Shown here: positions 35,928 to 45,966 of the stretch, piece by piece
How the letters are laid out: every line of letters starts with the position of its first letter
Numbering within the stretch: the stretch's first letter is position 1
Assembly (NCBI GenBank): GCA_963702975.1
Contig: OY969775.1
Coordinates: 102,851 to 166,850 of the forward strand
DNA length: 64,000 bases
Source: an uncultured Solirubrobacteraceae bacterium
Lineage (GTDB): Bacteria; Actinomycetota; Thermoleophilia; Solirubrobacterales; Solirubrobacteraceae
Direction of reading: 5' to 3'
The notes under the pieces: model-generated
Database searches by the model: none
What the model saw: only the letters and a program-made list of their open reading frames with translations
Told to the model about the DNA's origin: nothing
Position numbers and translations under genes: made by a program

Positions 35928-37822
35928 GCGCGCGGCCGATGGGCGGCGGCTTCGGCGGGGGAGCGGGATCCCGCCCACCCGGACGCGCCGGCCTCGGCCC
36001 GGGCCTCGGGCGCGGCGGCACCGGCTGGACGGGCGAGCGCCAGAGCCGCGAGAGCCGCGGGCGCAACCTGCGCGGCCTGCTGGCGCTGCTGCGTCCCTAT
36101 CGCGTTCGCACGGCGGGCATGCTCGTGGCGCTCGTGCTCGGCACCGCCGCCTCGCTGGCGCCGCCGCTGCTGGCCAAGCTCGCGATCGACTCCGGGATCG
36201 AAAAACGCCACATCCACACGCTGGTGATCGTCGTCATCGCGTTCCTGGTCTCGGCGCTGCTCGTGTGGGCGGCGACCTACGCGCAGACCTACCTGGTCGG
36301 CTGGGTCGGCCAGCGCGCGCTCGCCGACCTGCGCATCCGCATCTTCGAGCACCTCCAGAGCCAGCCGATCGGCTTCTACGAGAGCCGGCCCGCGGGCGTG
36401 CTGATCTCGCGCATGACCAACGACGTGGAGGCGCTGGAAAGCCTCGTCACCGACTCGGTGGTGACGCTGTTCCAGTCGGGCCTGACGCTGATCGGCGCGA
36501 TCGGCGTGCTGCTGTACCTCGACGTCGACCTGGCGCTGCTGACGTTCTGCGTCGTCCCGTTCGTCGCCGGCGCGAGCATCTGGTTCCGCCTGGTCTCCGC
36601 GGGCGCGTTCCGGCGCACGCGTGAGACGATCGGCTCGATCACCGGCTATCTGCAGGAGACGCTGTCTGGCATCCGCGTCGTGCGCAGCTTCGGCCAGGAG
36701 CGCGTGCACGAGGCGCGCTTCGCCGAGCTCAACGAGGACAACCGCGAGGCGAACATGGTCACGGTCAGGCTCAACGCCACCTACTTCCCCGGCGTCGAAA
36801 TGCTCTCCGGCCTCGCGCTCGCGCTGATCGTCCTCTACGGCGGCTACCAGGCGATCGACGGGCACATCACCGTCGGCACCATCGTCGCCTTCGTCGCCAC
36901 GCTGTCGTTCCTGTTCGAACCGATCCAGCAGCTCTCGCAGCTGTACACCACCTACCAATCGGGCATGGCGGCGCTCGAGAAGATCTTCCAGCTGCTCGAC
37001 ACCGCGCCGACGCTCGAGGACCGCCCGAACGCACCTGCGCTCGGGCCGATCCGCGGCGAGGTGCGCTTCGAGGATGTCTCCTTCGCCTACCGCCCGCGGG
37101 CGCAGCAGGGCGAGGCCACGGAGGTGCTAGCGCTCGAGCATGTCGACCTGAGCGTGCCCGCGGGCCAGACGATCGCGCTGGTGGGCGCCACCGGCGCGGG
37201 CAAGTCGACGATGGCGAAGCTGACCGCGCGCTTCTACGACCCCACGCGCGGGCGCGTGCTCGTCGACGAGCACGACCTGCGCGAGGTCTCGAGCGGCTCG
37301 CTGCGCTCGCAGATGGGGATCGTGCCGCAGGAGGCGTTCCTGTTCTCGGGCACCGTGCGCGAGAACATCGCCTTCGGGCGCCCCGACGCGCAGGACGCGC
37401 AGGTCCGCGCCGCCGCGGAGGCGGTCGGCGCCGACGAGTTCATCGCCGAGCTGCCCAGCGGCTACGACACCGAGGTCGGCGAGCGCGGCGCGCAGCTGTC
37501 CGCCGGCCAGCGCCAGCTGCTCGCGTTCGCGCGCGCGCTGATCGCCGACCCGCGCATCCTGATCCTCGACGAGGCCACCTCCAACGTCGATCTGCACACC
37601 GAGGGGCGCATCGAAGCGGCGCTGCGCCGGCTGCTCGCCGGGCGCACCTCGATCGTGATCGCGCACCGCCTGTCCACCATCCGCCAGGCCGGGCGCATCG
37701 TCGTGCTCGAGCACGGGCGCATCGCCGAGCAGGGCACCCACGACGAGCTTCTCGCCGCCGAGGGGCGCTACTTCCAGCTTTACCGGGACTGGACCTCGGC
37801 GCAGTCGCAGGCCGCGGCGTAG
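35924..37822 (+). CDS. Type IV ABC exporter half (TMD+NBD), consensus Walker B; heterodimer partner
   Basis: GATGAGKS, LSAGQRQL, ILDEATSNVD; GTGA overlap. Confidence 0.95.
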   Translation: MSARPMGGGFGGGAGSRPPGRAGLGPGLGRGGTGWTGERQSRESRGRNLRGLLALLRPYRVRTAGMLVALVLGTAASLAPPLLAKLAIDSGIEKRHIHTLVIVVIAFLVSALLVWAATYAQTYLVGWVGQRALADLRIRIFEHLQSQPIGFYESRPAGVLISRMTNDVEALESLVTDSVVTLFQSGLTLIGAIGVLLYLDVDLALLTFCVVPFVAGASIWFRLVSAGAFRRTRETIGSITGYLQETLSGIRVVRSFGQERVHEARFAELNEDNREANMVTVRLNATYFPGVEMLSGLALALIVLYGGYQAIDGHITVGTIVAFVATLSFLFEPIQQLSQLYTTYQSGMAALEKIFQLLDTAPTLEDRPNAPALGPIRGEVRFEDVSFAYRPRAQQGEATEVLALEHVDLSVPAGQTIALVGATGAGKSTMAKLTARFYDPTRGRVLVDEHDLREVSSGSLRSQMGIVPQEAFLFSGTVRENIAFGRPDAQDAQVRAAAEAVGADEFIAELPSGYDTEVGERGAQLSAGQRQLLAFARALIADPRILILDEATSNVDLHTEGRIEAALRRLLAGRTSIVIAHRLSTIRQAGRIVVLEHGRIAEQGTHDELLAAEGRYFQLYRDWTSAQSQAAA

Positions 37823-37990
37823 GTCACCTGCCGGGCCGTCACAAGCGCTTACTGCCTGCGCTTAGGCCGTCGCACGGGCCGATAGTTCTCTCCCCGGCGC
37901 CGCGTAGCCTGCCCGGTCCGCCATGTTCGCTCAACATCTGGTTATCGATCGCGAAGCTCCCCAACCGAGGTCTCGCAACGGGAGCGCGCG

Positions 37991-38419
37991 ATGCTCGAAG
38001 CGTTGATCGACCTCACCGAGGCCCAGATCGCCGCGGCCCACGCAAGAGCCGCGAATCTCGACGCCCAGGCGCTTGGCCTGGTCGGCTTCGATGCGGTGCT
38101 CGTGACGGCCGACCTGGCGGCCCAACGACTACTCGGTCACTCGTGGTGGGTACCGCTTCCAGGGCTGGCGATCTCCATTGTCCTCGGTGCGTCGGTGATG
38201 GCTGTCACGCGCTTCGATGTCGGCCCCTCCCCGAGCAGCTTCTACGCTCGGCATGCAGCGAGTCCGCGAGACGCTGCCCTGGAGCAGCTGCTCTCAGATC
38301 TAATCGCAAGTCAGCAGGACAACGCTCAACCGGTGCACGCGAAGACGGAACGCCTGGTGCTCGCACTCGCCGCACTCTTGCTGACGGTTGTCTGCTCAAC
38401 CGTAGCTATAGCGGCCTAG
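37991..38419 (+). CDS. Hypothetical 3-TM membrane protein
   Basis: GGAG SD; LDAQALGLVGFDAVL, WWVPL.GL, DN...K.ERL..AL; codon usage less GC-biased than the neighbours. Confidence 0.6.
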   Translation: MLEALIDLTEAQIAAAHARAANLDAQALGLVGFDAVLVTADLAAQRLLGHSWWVPLPGLAISIVLGASVMAVTRFDVGPSPSSFYARHAASPRDAALEQLLSDLIASQQDNAQPVHAKTERLVLALAALLLTVVCSTVAIAA

Positions 38420-38420
38420 A

Positions 38421-38804
38421 ATGAGGCACATGAGAGACGATCGGGATGGGCAACGGCACGGCGAGCCAGTCGAGCAGCAGCCCGAGAACGGCTCGCATCA
38501 GCTCCCGTCGGTCCTTCCAAGCCCCGATCGACTGCCCCACGTCACGCTCAGCGGGGGGCTGCTGAGCGGCTTTGACGTCTTGCGCGTTGAAGACACCAGC
38601 TGGATGGCCCCCGAGAAAGTCGAGCGCGGCGCACGGGTCGAGCTTTTTGACGGCACCTGCGCGCTTGTCGTGAAGGCGAGGAGACAGCATTTCTCCAAGT
38701 TCGGGATCGAGGGGAGCGTCGACCTCGAGCTTGCGGACGGGACGATCGTGTCCAGGCCGAACCGAGACATCGCGCGTGTTCTCGCGGCGTCCGGCAGTGA
38801 TTGA
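38421..38804 (+). CDS. Hypothetical protein
   Basis: Starts 1 nt after the upstream stop; small beta-rich C-terminal half. Confidence 0.45.
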   Translation: MRHMRDDRDGQRHGEPVEQQPENGSHQLPSVLPSPDRLPHVTLSGGLLSGFDVLRVEDTSWMAPEKVERGARVELFDGTCALVVKARRQHFSKFGIEGSVDLELADGTIVSRPNRDIARVLAASGSD

Positions 38805-38838
38805 TCTGCGGTAGCTGAGCGATTAGGCTGCGGCGCAG

Positions 38839-40104
38839 ATGCCCGCCGTCGCCAAACCCGGCCGCCAGCGCGAGCGAATCGCGCTCGTGCTCGCCGGCGG
38901 CGGCGCACGAGGAGCTTACGAGGCGGGGGCGCTGGCGGTGCTGGCGCCAGCTCTGGCCGCCCGCAAACAGAGCCCGGACATCCTCGTCGGCACGAGCATC
39001 GGCGCGCTCAACGGCTCGTTCTTCGCGGCGCGCGCACACGAACCGCTCGACGTGGCGGCCGCGGCGGCGCTCGACATGTGGCGGGCGCTGCACTGGGGCA
39101 AGGCGCTGCGCCCGCTGACCTCGCCCTCGGAGCTCGGCCGCCTGCTGGGCACGGCGGCGATGCTCGCGCACCTGCCGCGCGCCGACCCATCGGGCCTGCT
39201 GGACACCTCGCCTTTGCGTCCGACGCTCGACCGGCTGGTGTCGTTCGAGCGGATCGAGGACAACGTCGCCGACGGCACACTGACGGCGGCCGCGGTGGTC
39301 GCGACCTCATACGCGACGACGCGCAGCGTCGTCTTCCACCACGGCGGCCCTGCTCCAGAGCGCGACGTGACGCGCGCGATCGACTACGTCTCGACGGTGC
39401 TCAAACCGGAGCACGTGCTCGCCTCCGCGGCGATCCCCGGCGCGTTCCCGGCGGTCCACGTGCGCGAGCCGCGCGCGGCGGCCGGCTGGTACAGCGACGG
39501 CGGCGTACGCCTGAACGCGCCGTTGAAGCCGGCGCTATCGCTGGGCGCCGAGCGCGTGGTGGTGATCGGCCTGAACTCCTCCGCGGCCCCCGCGCGCGCC
39601 ACGCGGCGGCCGGACATGCTCGACGGCGTAGCGCAGCTGCTGCAGGTCGTGCTCGCAGACCAGCTAGCCGACGACGTCGCGACGCTCGCCACCGTCAACG
39701 AGGCGGTCACCCAGAGCCGCTCGGCGGCCGCCAGGGACGCCGCACGCAAGCCCCGGCGAAGGATCCCCTACATCTTCATCGCGCCGCGCGATCGGCTGGA
39801 GATCGGACGCCTGGCGCGCGAGGTCTACAAGCGCCGCTACAGCGGCATCCGCGGGCTCGTACGCGACCGCAACCTCGCGCTGCTCGGGCAGTTCGTCAAC
39901 GCCGAGCGCAGCCCCGTGCACGGCGAGATTCTCAGCTACCTGTTCCTCGCGCGCGAGTTCATCGACAAGCTGATCGCGCTCGGCGAACGCGACGCCAGGC
40001 GCTGGCTGGAGCAGCCGCACGACGCGGGGCTGTGGCAGGTCGGGCGGATGCCCATCGGTGGGCAGGACTCGGCAGCCGCGGGCGGCGCTGCGCGCAAGCA
40101 ATAG
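38839..40104 (+). CDS. Patatin-like phospholipase
   Basis: VLAGGGARGAY, GTSIG (nucleophile elbow), DGG. Confidence 0.92.
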   Translation: MPAVAKPGRQRERIALVLAGGGARGAYEAGALAVLAPALAARKQSPDILVGTSIGALNGSFFAARAHEPLDVAAAAALDMWRALHWGKALRPLTSPSELGRLLGTAAMLAHLPRADPSGLLDTSPLRPTLDRLVSFERIEDNVADGTLTAAAVVATSYATTRSVVFHHGGPAPERDVTRAIDYVSTVLKPEHVLASAAIPGAFPAVHVREPRAAAGWYSDGGVRLNAPLKPALSLGAERVVVIGLNSSAAPARATRRPDMLDGVAQLLQVVLADQLADDVATLATVNEAVTQSRSAAARDAARKPRRRIPYIFIAPRDRLEIGRLAREVYKRRYSGIRGLVRDRNLALLGQFVNAERSPVHGEILSYLFLAREFIDKLIALGERDARRWLEQPHDAGLWQVGRMPIGGQDSAAAGGAARKQ

Positions 40105-40109
40105 TCAGC

Positions 40110-41723
40110 GTGCGCGCACCTGGGCCCGGTCGCTGGCGTGCCGTGGCGCGCGACCCGCTGACCGTGATTCCGCTCACCGCACTGGCGGCGTACACGGTCA
40201 TCTTCGCCGCTCACTCGAGCGCGATCGTTACGACGCTCTACCTAAACGCCGACATCGCCTCTGGACCGGTGATTGCGCAGTCGCTCGCGTCGGCGCCCGG
40301 CCACACCGAAGTGCTGCTCGGCAACTATCCGTGGTTCGAAGCGCTTGGCGCGATGTCGATTCTGCGTACGCTGCCTGCACATCGTCTTCTGTGGGAGGCG
40401 ACTCCGTTCGTTGTGGCTGTGGCGACGATGGGCATGGTCGCATGGGGAACGTGGCGGGCGGCGGGATGCCGCGCAGCGCTGCTCACGCTTACGATCGGCA
40501 TCGCTGCATCTCCGGCTGGCGTCGCGGATCTTGGGACCTGGACGGTGCATGGGCTGACGTGGGCGCACGCGGCGTTGCTCAGCTGGCTGGCTGTTTGGCT
40601 CGCGGGGGCGCGATCGCATAAAAGGGCGCTCGGCGCGGCGGCGCTCGTGGGGCTGGTCTGCGGCCCGGCCCTGGCGTCGGATCTGCTGCTCATCCCTGCC
40701 GGCCTGCTGCCACTTTGGATCGCGGCGCTTGCGCTCAGACTCCGCGGCCACACGAGACTGGGCACCGACGTGAGGATAGTGTGGCAAGGGACGTTGCTCG
40801 CGACGGCCGCTACGACCGTCGGCGCGGTGCTCACCATGCTAGTGGCCGACCACGAGAACATCCACGGTGCGGGCACACTCCCGATCCGGCTTGCCAGCGC
40901 GGGCCGTCTGGGCCACAACCTGCGTGTGCTGTGGGAATCGCTCGCGGCGTTGGGCAACGGTGACATCTTCAACGCGGCGTTCGGGGCCAGCACCCTGCTC
41001 CATGCCGTCTGCGCCGGACTGGCGATCGTCGCTGTCGTCATCGCGCTCTGGGCGGCCCGGTCGTCGCTCCTGGCCGCCTCCTCCGCGTCCACGGTCGCAC
41101 TGGCGGCCTTCTGGGCCACGGCCTCCGTAGCACTGCTGGCGTCGTTCGTGTTCAGCTCGGTTCCCGTGGCGAGCTTCTCCGGGCGCTACCTGGTGGGCGT
41201 GCTGATGGCCGTTGCCGCCCTCGTGCCACTGGCTGCGCGCCGGCTTCCGGGGCGCGCTCTCACGAGCGCCGCGGTCACGTACTTCGTGCTCGTCGGCGTG
41301 ATGTCGCTGCTACGCGGTGAGATGACCGCCAACCCCACCCGCTTCCCCTCCGCGGCGGAAGCCAAGATGGTTGCGCGCTTCGCCGCCCAGCAGTCAGCCA
41401 CGGTGGGCTACGCCGGCTACTGGGATGCAGCGCCGCTGACGTGGTCCTCGAGCTTCGCCGCACACGTGTACCCGGTAGCCGCGTGCGCGGAGGGCCTGTG
41501 CGCCTACGAGCTGCACCGCATCGCATCCTGGTACAGCCCGCGGTCGGCGAGCCGGAGCTTTCTCGTGCTCGACGGCACCGTCAGACAGGCCTCGCTGACG
41601 AGCCTGCCGCCGGCAATCGGCCATCCGGTGGCAGGTGAGCACATCGGTCAACTCGTCGTGTATATCTTCTCAGAGGACATCGCGCGCTACTTCGGCGCGC
41701 CGCTAAGAGGACCGCAGGCGTAG
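40110..41723 (+). CDS. Multi-pass membrane protein, possibly a GT-C-fold glycosyltransferase
   Basis: About 11 TM segments, LNADIASG in the first loop, RYL, extracytoplasmic GYAGYWDA; real start near GTG 40110 rather than 39078. Confidence 0.6.
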   Translation: MRAPGPGRWRAVARDPLTVIPLTALAAYTVIFAAHSSAIVTTLYLNADIASGPVIAQSLASAPGHTEVLLGNYPWFEALGAMSILRTLPAHRLLWEATPFVVAVATMGMVAWGTWRAAGCRAALLTLTIGIAASPAGVADLGTWTVHGLTWAHAALLSWLAVWLAGARSHKRALGAAALVGLVCGPALASDLLLIPAGLLPLWIAALALRLRGHTRLGTDVRIVWQGTLLATAATTVGAVLTMLVADHENIHGAGTLPIRLASAGRLGHNLRVLWESLAALGNGDIFNAAFGASTLLHAVCAGLAIVAVVIALWAARSSLLAASSASTVALAAFWATASVALLASFVFSSVPVASFSGRYLVGVLMAVAALVPLAARRLPGRALTSAAVTYFVLVGVMSLLRGEMTANPTRFPSAAEAKMVARFAAQQSATVGYAGYWDAAPLTWSSSFAAHVYPVAACAEGLCAYELHRIASWYSPRSASRSFLVLDGTVRQASLTSLPPAIGHPVAGEHIGQLVVYIFSEDIARYFGAPLRGPQA

Positions 41724-41769
41724 GGACAGGTCTTCCGACCTGCGGGCCACCGTCAGGCCCGCCCCCGCT

Positions 41770-41800
41770 CGCGCGCGGCCGTAGCCGACGGCCGCGCGCG
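41770..41800. terminator. Hairpin between convergent genes
   Basis: CGCGCGCGGCCGT-agccg-ACGGCCGCGCGCG, 13-bp stem, no U-tract. Confidence 0.55.
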
Positions 41801-41808
41801 CCGCCGTC

Positions 41809-43359
41809 CTATTTGACCATGGCCAGGCTGGACCTCCCGCCCGCCGATATGGCAGCCGCTTTTTTCAGCTCTTCGGTGCTGGAAGGGCATGCGCCCGTGG
41901 TCCCCGGAGCTCCGGCTTCGCATACCCGCAGCGGAACGGCGCTATACGCGGTGAGACCGTCGCCGAGCTGCCCGTCGGGGTCCGCGCCCCAGGCATCGAC
42001 GTAGCTGCCGGCAAGCGCCAGGTTGTGATCGTCGCCGGCTGAGACGGCCTTGATCCCTTTCAGCCGTTTGGCCCCCAGGCACGTTGCGTTCAGAGGTGTG
42101 AATCCCACCTTGCACACGGCCACCGGCACGAGGCTTTCGGTCGGGAGGGGAAAGAAGTCGTCGCCGAGCAGCCCTTCGGGGTTCGATCCGAACGACCTGA
42201 CTTCACCGGTTCCCAACAGGACCAGGCTGTCGGTCCGCCCGGAGCTGACGGCCTTGCCGTCTTCGAGATAGCTGCCGCCCGGACACGGCGGGGTCGAGCT
42301 GTAGGCTTCCTCGCATATGTGGACCGGCACCATGCTGCAGGGCTGCGCGGCCTGGCACGCTTCCGGGCCGGTGTTGTCGTTGTCGCCCAGCTGGCCACGC
42401 TCGTTGGCTCCGAAGCTCACCGCCCACCGCGGGTTTTCCAGTAGCGCCAGGTCGTGCTCATAGCTCGAGGAGGTTTCGATCACGTCGAGCAGGGGGTTGA
42501 TGCACGGCCGCGTCGCTTCTTCGATCGCACAGACAGGCGCCGCCCGCTCGATGCCGGGCGGCGAGGCGATCCATTCACCCTGCCCCAGCTGTCCTGACTG
42601 GTTCGCGCCCCAGCTGATCGCCTCTTTGCCGTGCGTCATGATCACGACGAAGAACCGCGGTCCGGCTGAGATCTTTTCGACGCCTTCCAGGGCGGAGCCC
42701 GGACAGGGACCGGTGACGGCGCACGGGACGACCGGCACTTCGCTGAAGGCCGGCGTGGACGTCCCCAGGCCCAGCTGCCCGGCTTCGTTGGAGCCCCAGG
42801 TGACGACCTGGCCGCTTTCCAGTATCGCCGCGCTCGAGTCCAGAGCACCGGCGGCGATCGCCTTGACGTGTTCCAGCTCGGGGCTGGTCGAGGACGGGCA
42901 GGGCCCAACTGCCCCGACGGCGCACACGTACACGGGCACAGAGCTATCGGCGACGCTGTTGTCGCCCAGCGCGCCCTCCGCGCCAGAGCCCCACGCGACG
43001 ACCTTCCCGTCGGTCAGCAGCGCCAGGCTGTGGTCTCCACCCTCGGAGATCGCCTTCACGTGTTTCAGGTGCGGACACGGACTGCTCGTCGTCGAGGACG
43101 TGCCGACTTCGCATACCCACACCGGCCGCTCCTCGCCAGCGGAGGTGTAGCTGTCACCGAGCTGTCCGGAGGAGTTCACGCCCCAGCCGACGACTTCATC
43201 ACCCGACGAGGCCTGCGCCGCGCCCGCAACGCCCAGAGCGCCGGCCAAGACGACCAACGCCGCCACGAGGGCAGATCCGTACCGGCGGCCGCCGGGTCGC
43301 TTCTCGCCCCGTCTCTTATAGAGCATCGCAGCGACCGTCCCCAGCGCACGTCGCATCAC
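41809..43359 (-). CDS. Secreted RCC1/BLIP-II beta-propeller protein
   Basis: Signal peptide; about seven (S/A)GxxHSLALLxxGxVxxWGxNxxGQLG-type repeats, each with a Cys pair. Confidence 0.88.
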   Translation of the reverse strand: MMRRALGTVAAMLYKRRGEKRPGGRRYGSALVAALVVLAGALGVAGAAQASSGDEVVGWGVNSSGQLGDSYTSAGEERPVWVCEVGTSSTTSSPCPHLKHVKAISEGGDHSLALLTDGKVVAWGSGAEGALGDNSVADSSVPVYVCAVGAVGPCPSSTSPELEHVKAIAAGALDSSAAILESGQVVTWGSNEAGQLGLGTSTPAFSEVPVVPCAVTGPCPGSALEGVEKISAGPRFFVVIMTHGKEAISWGANQSGQLGQGEWIASPPGIERAAPVCAIEEATRPCINPLLDVIETSSSYEHDLALLENPRWAVSFGANERGQLGDNDNTGPEACQAAQPCSMVPVHICEEAYSSTPPCPGGSYLEDGKAVSSGRTDSLVLLGTGEVRSFGSNPEGLLGDDFFPLPTESLVPVAVCKVGFTPLNATCLGAKRLKGIKAVSAGDDHNLALAGSYVDAWGADPDGQLGDGLTAYSAVPLRVCEAGAPGTTGACPSSTEELKKAAAISAGGRSSLAMVK

Positions 43360-43429
43360 TTCCCCCTTTGACGTCGTGAATGAGTGAGTATCAGCAAATA
43401 CATGAGGCTCAGCGCCCGGCCCGCCCGCG

Positions 43430-45502
43430 TCACGCGACCGAGTCGACCTCGACTTCTTCTTCGTTGACCTGCGTTATCGACGCGTCCAGTCCGGTCTGCA
43501 GAAATGAGGAGCCGCCGCTGAGCGCCTGTTCCAGGTAGTCGGCGGGCTCGGCCAAGAAGCCTTCGGGTTTCTGGTGGCCGCTCGTCTCTTTCGCTTTCAG
43601 TTTGTTGTCCAACAGCATTTTGTTGGACTCGATCGGAACGATGACCGAGCCCTGCACGGACACCGCTGTCGACGAGCTGCCGCTGGCGCAGGTGAATTTC
43701 GCCACCACCCCGGCACCTGCCCCTCCCGGCCCCACGGGATAGAGGTCAAGGCCGATTTTGTTGGTGAGGCTGCTGGTGCCCGCTTGATAGACGCCCAGGG
43801 CACCGTTGAGCGGGTGCGTGACGATTTCGCCGGGTCCGCCGCTTGCGCTCGCGCAGGTGGTGGCGGCCCGTTTGCAGCCCGTGAATCTCAGCGTCACGCC
43901 ACCAACGGCTTTCGGCTCCGTGTATTCGCCTTCCCCGGTCTCCCCGGAGCATTTCACGAGGGTGCCGCTGATGGGCTGAAGCTTGATCGTGCCGCTCGTG
44001 AGCGTTGTCGTGAAATGCGCTTTTATGACCCCGGGATACCATTCGTATTCTTTGCCTCCGCCCGCCGTCGTGCAGTTGCTGTTGCCATATTTGCCGAGGA
44101 GCGGCCCGGGTTCAGGCAGGAACTGAATGCAGCGGCCGAATTCCGGAGGTCCCGATTCCGAGAGCAGAGCGAGATTGTGAAAGCCACCGGCTGCGATCGC
44201 CGTGACCGTGTCTGCGGGTGGCACGGTCAGCAGGACGTTCACGGGAGTCGCGCTGCAGACCGAGCCAGAGATGCATGTCGAAGGGCCGGTGGCGGTACCG
44301 TCGCCGAGCTGGCCAAACTGGTTTTCACCCCAGGTCATAACTTCGCCGTCGCTCAGCAGCGCGATGCTGTGCCACACTCCAGCCGCGATTGCGGTGACCG
44401 TCACCCCCGGAGAAGGGGCGATGTCGACCGCCACAGGGGTGGTGCTGCACGACGCGCCCCCGCAGGACATGGGGCCAGCCGAGGTGCCATCCCCGAGCTG
44501 CCCATCTTCGTTGTAGCCCCACGTCAGGAGTTCCCCATCGCTCAGCAGCGCGAGATCCTGGTAGCCGCCGGCGGCAATCGACGTCGCCCTGACACCGGAG
44601 GGAGGGGTGATGTCCGCCACCACCGGAACGCTGCTGCACGGCCCCCCGCAGGACGCGGCGACCCCCCAGGTGCCGTTGCCGAGCTGCCCGTTTTCGTTGT
44701 AGCCCCAGGTCAGGACTTCCCCGTCGCTGAGCAGCGCCATGCTATTGAAGACGCCCGCCGCGATCGCCGTGACCGTGACGCCGGCGGGCAGCGGCGGCAG
44801 GTCCACGGCAACCGGGGTGGTGCTACACGCGGTTGAGCTGCACGTCGAAGGGCCGGTGTACGTATCGTCGCCCAGCTCCCCGTACTGGTTCGTACCCCAG
44901 GCCATGATGGTGTTGTTGCTCAACAGCGCGAAGCTGTCCAGGAAGCCGCCCGCGATCGCCTTGACCGTCGTGTCCGGGGGCAGGGGCAGCGTGACCGGCA
45001 CCGGGACGTCGCTGCTCGTCGTCGACCCGTCGCCCAACTGACCGTAGGCGTTGTCGCCCCAGGCCATGATTTTGTCGTTGCTCAGGAGAGCCAAGCCGTG
45101 GATGCCACCGGCGGCGATGGCGCGGACCGTGGTGCCCGACGACAACGTGAGGCTCACGGGCACCGGTACGTCGCTGGTGAACGTCGATGCGTCCCCCAGC
45201 TGCCCTGCCCCGTCGTCGCCCCAGGCCATGATTTTCGCGTCGCTCAGCAGCGCGAGGCTGAATTCGTTGCCACCGGCGACCTGGGTGACCGTCACGCCGG
45301 CTGGCAGGCTGAGGCTTGCAGGCACCGGCGCCAGTGCGCACGCCAGGGAGCCCTCGCATGTCGACGGGCCGGTCAGGGAGCCGTTGCCCAACTGACCGAA
45401 CTCGTTGAGACCCCAGCCCATCACCGTGGCGGGGCTGGAGGCCGCGGCAGACGCGGCAAAGAGCACGCCGGCCATGAAAACGACGACTGTGCAGAGCACC
45501 AT
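43430..45502 (-). CDS. Secreted RCC1 repeat protein with a C-terminal domain resembling the 447-1370 protein
   Basis: Signal peptide; about seven RCC1 repeats; from ~44153 PPEFGRC...GKYGNSNCT...EYEWYPG...NEEEVEV. Confidence 0.88.
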   Translation of the reverse strand: MVLCTVVVFMAGVLFAASAAASSPATVMGWGLNEFGQLGNGSLTGPSTCEGSLACALAPVPASLSLPAGVTVTQVAGGNEFSLALLSDAKIMAWGDDGAGQLGDASTFTSDVPVPVSLTLSSGTTVRAIAAGGIHGLALLSNDKIMAWGDNAYGQLGDGSTTSSDVPVPVTLPLPPDTTVKAIAGGFLDSFALLSNNTIMAWGTNQYGELGDDTYTGPSTCSSTACSTTPVAVDLPPLPAGVTVTAIAAGVFNSMALLSDGEVLTWGYNENGQLGNGTWGVAASCGGPCSSVPVVADITPPSGVRATSIAAGGYQDLALLSDGELLTWGYNEDGQLGDGTSAGPMSCGGASCSTTPVAVDIAPSPGVTVTAIAAGVWHSIALLSDGEVMTWGENQFGQLGDGTATGPSTCISGSVCSATPVNVLLTVPPADTVTAIAAGGFHNLALLSESGPPEFGRCIQFLPEPGPLLGKYGNSNCTTAGGGKEYEWYPGVIKAHFTTTLTSGTIKLQPISGTLVKCSGETGEGEYTEPKAVGGVTLRFTGCKRAATTCASASGGPGEIVTHPLNGALGVYQAGTSSLTNKIGLDLYPVGPGGAGAGVVAKFTCASGSSSTAVSVQGSVIVPIESNKMLLDNKLKAKETSGHQKPEGFLAEPADYLEQALSGGSSFLQTGLDASITQVNEEEVEVDSVA

Positions 45503-45800
45503 GTCCTTCACACGCCTCCGCAGCGGCCGGGCCCATGACACGCCCCGCTCGAGGCGCGTCGAGCGCGACAGCCGACGAACCCAAGCGGCAAACATGCTCT
45601 CCCCCACCCCCGTGGTGTATGAACGGGACCCGCACCGATGCCCAGCTGACAGGCCCGGAACCCTCGCGCCGCTTTCTACCACGCTCGCCGGCTACAGATG
45701 TGACGTACCCGTGACCGGGCGACTGGCCGTCCGCGCGCGTCGTGCAAACACGCAGACGGTGGGCGGCGAAGACGGTCGGCGGGTTACGGGCTTTCGTGAG

Positions 45801-45873
45801 CTCCGGGACAGGGACTCGAACCCCAATCTCCCGGACCAGAACCGGGCGTCACTGCCAATTGGACTATCCCGGA
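45801..45873 (-). tRNA. tRNA-Gln(CUG)
   Basis: TCCGGGATAGTCCAATTGGCAGTGACGCCCGGTTCTGGTCCGGGAGATTGGGGTTCGAGTCCCTGTCCCGGAG. Confidence 0.93.
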
Positions 45874-45966
45874 CAGTGCCCTTCGGCTAGAAGAATAGCC
45901 AACCGGCCCGCGGCTCCGCCGATCTGCAGGCGCGCCGCCGCCCACCCGGAAGCCCGACCCAGGCGC

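Noticed and set aside
38839-40104. Patatin as a CBASS CapV effector
   Set aside because: No CD-NTase or cap genes nearby, backbone-like GC and a long housekeeping-type patatin.
39078-41723. 881-aa ORF as one giant or fusion protein
   Set aside because: The first ~344 codons are an off-frame shadow of the patatin gene; the credible protein starts near 40110.
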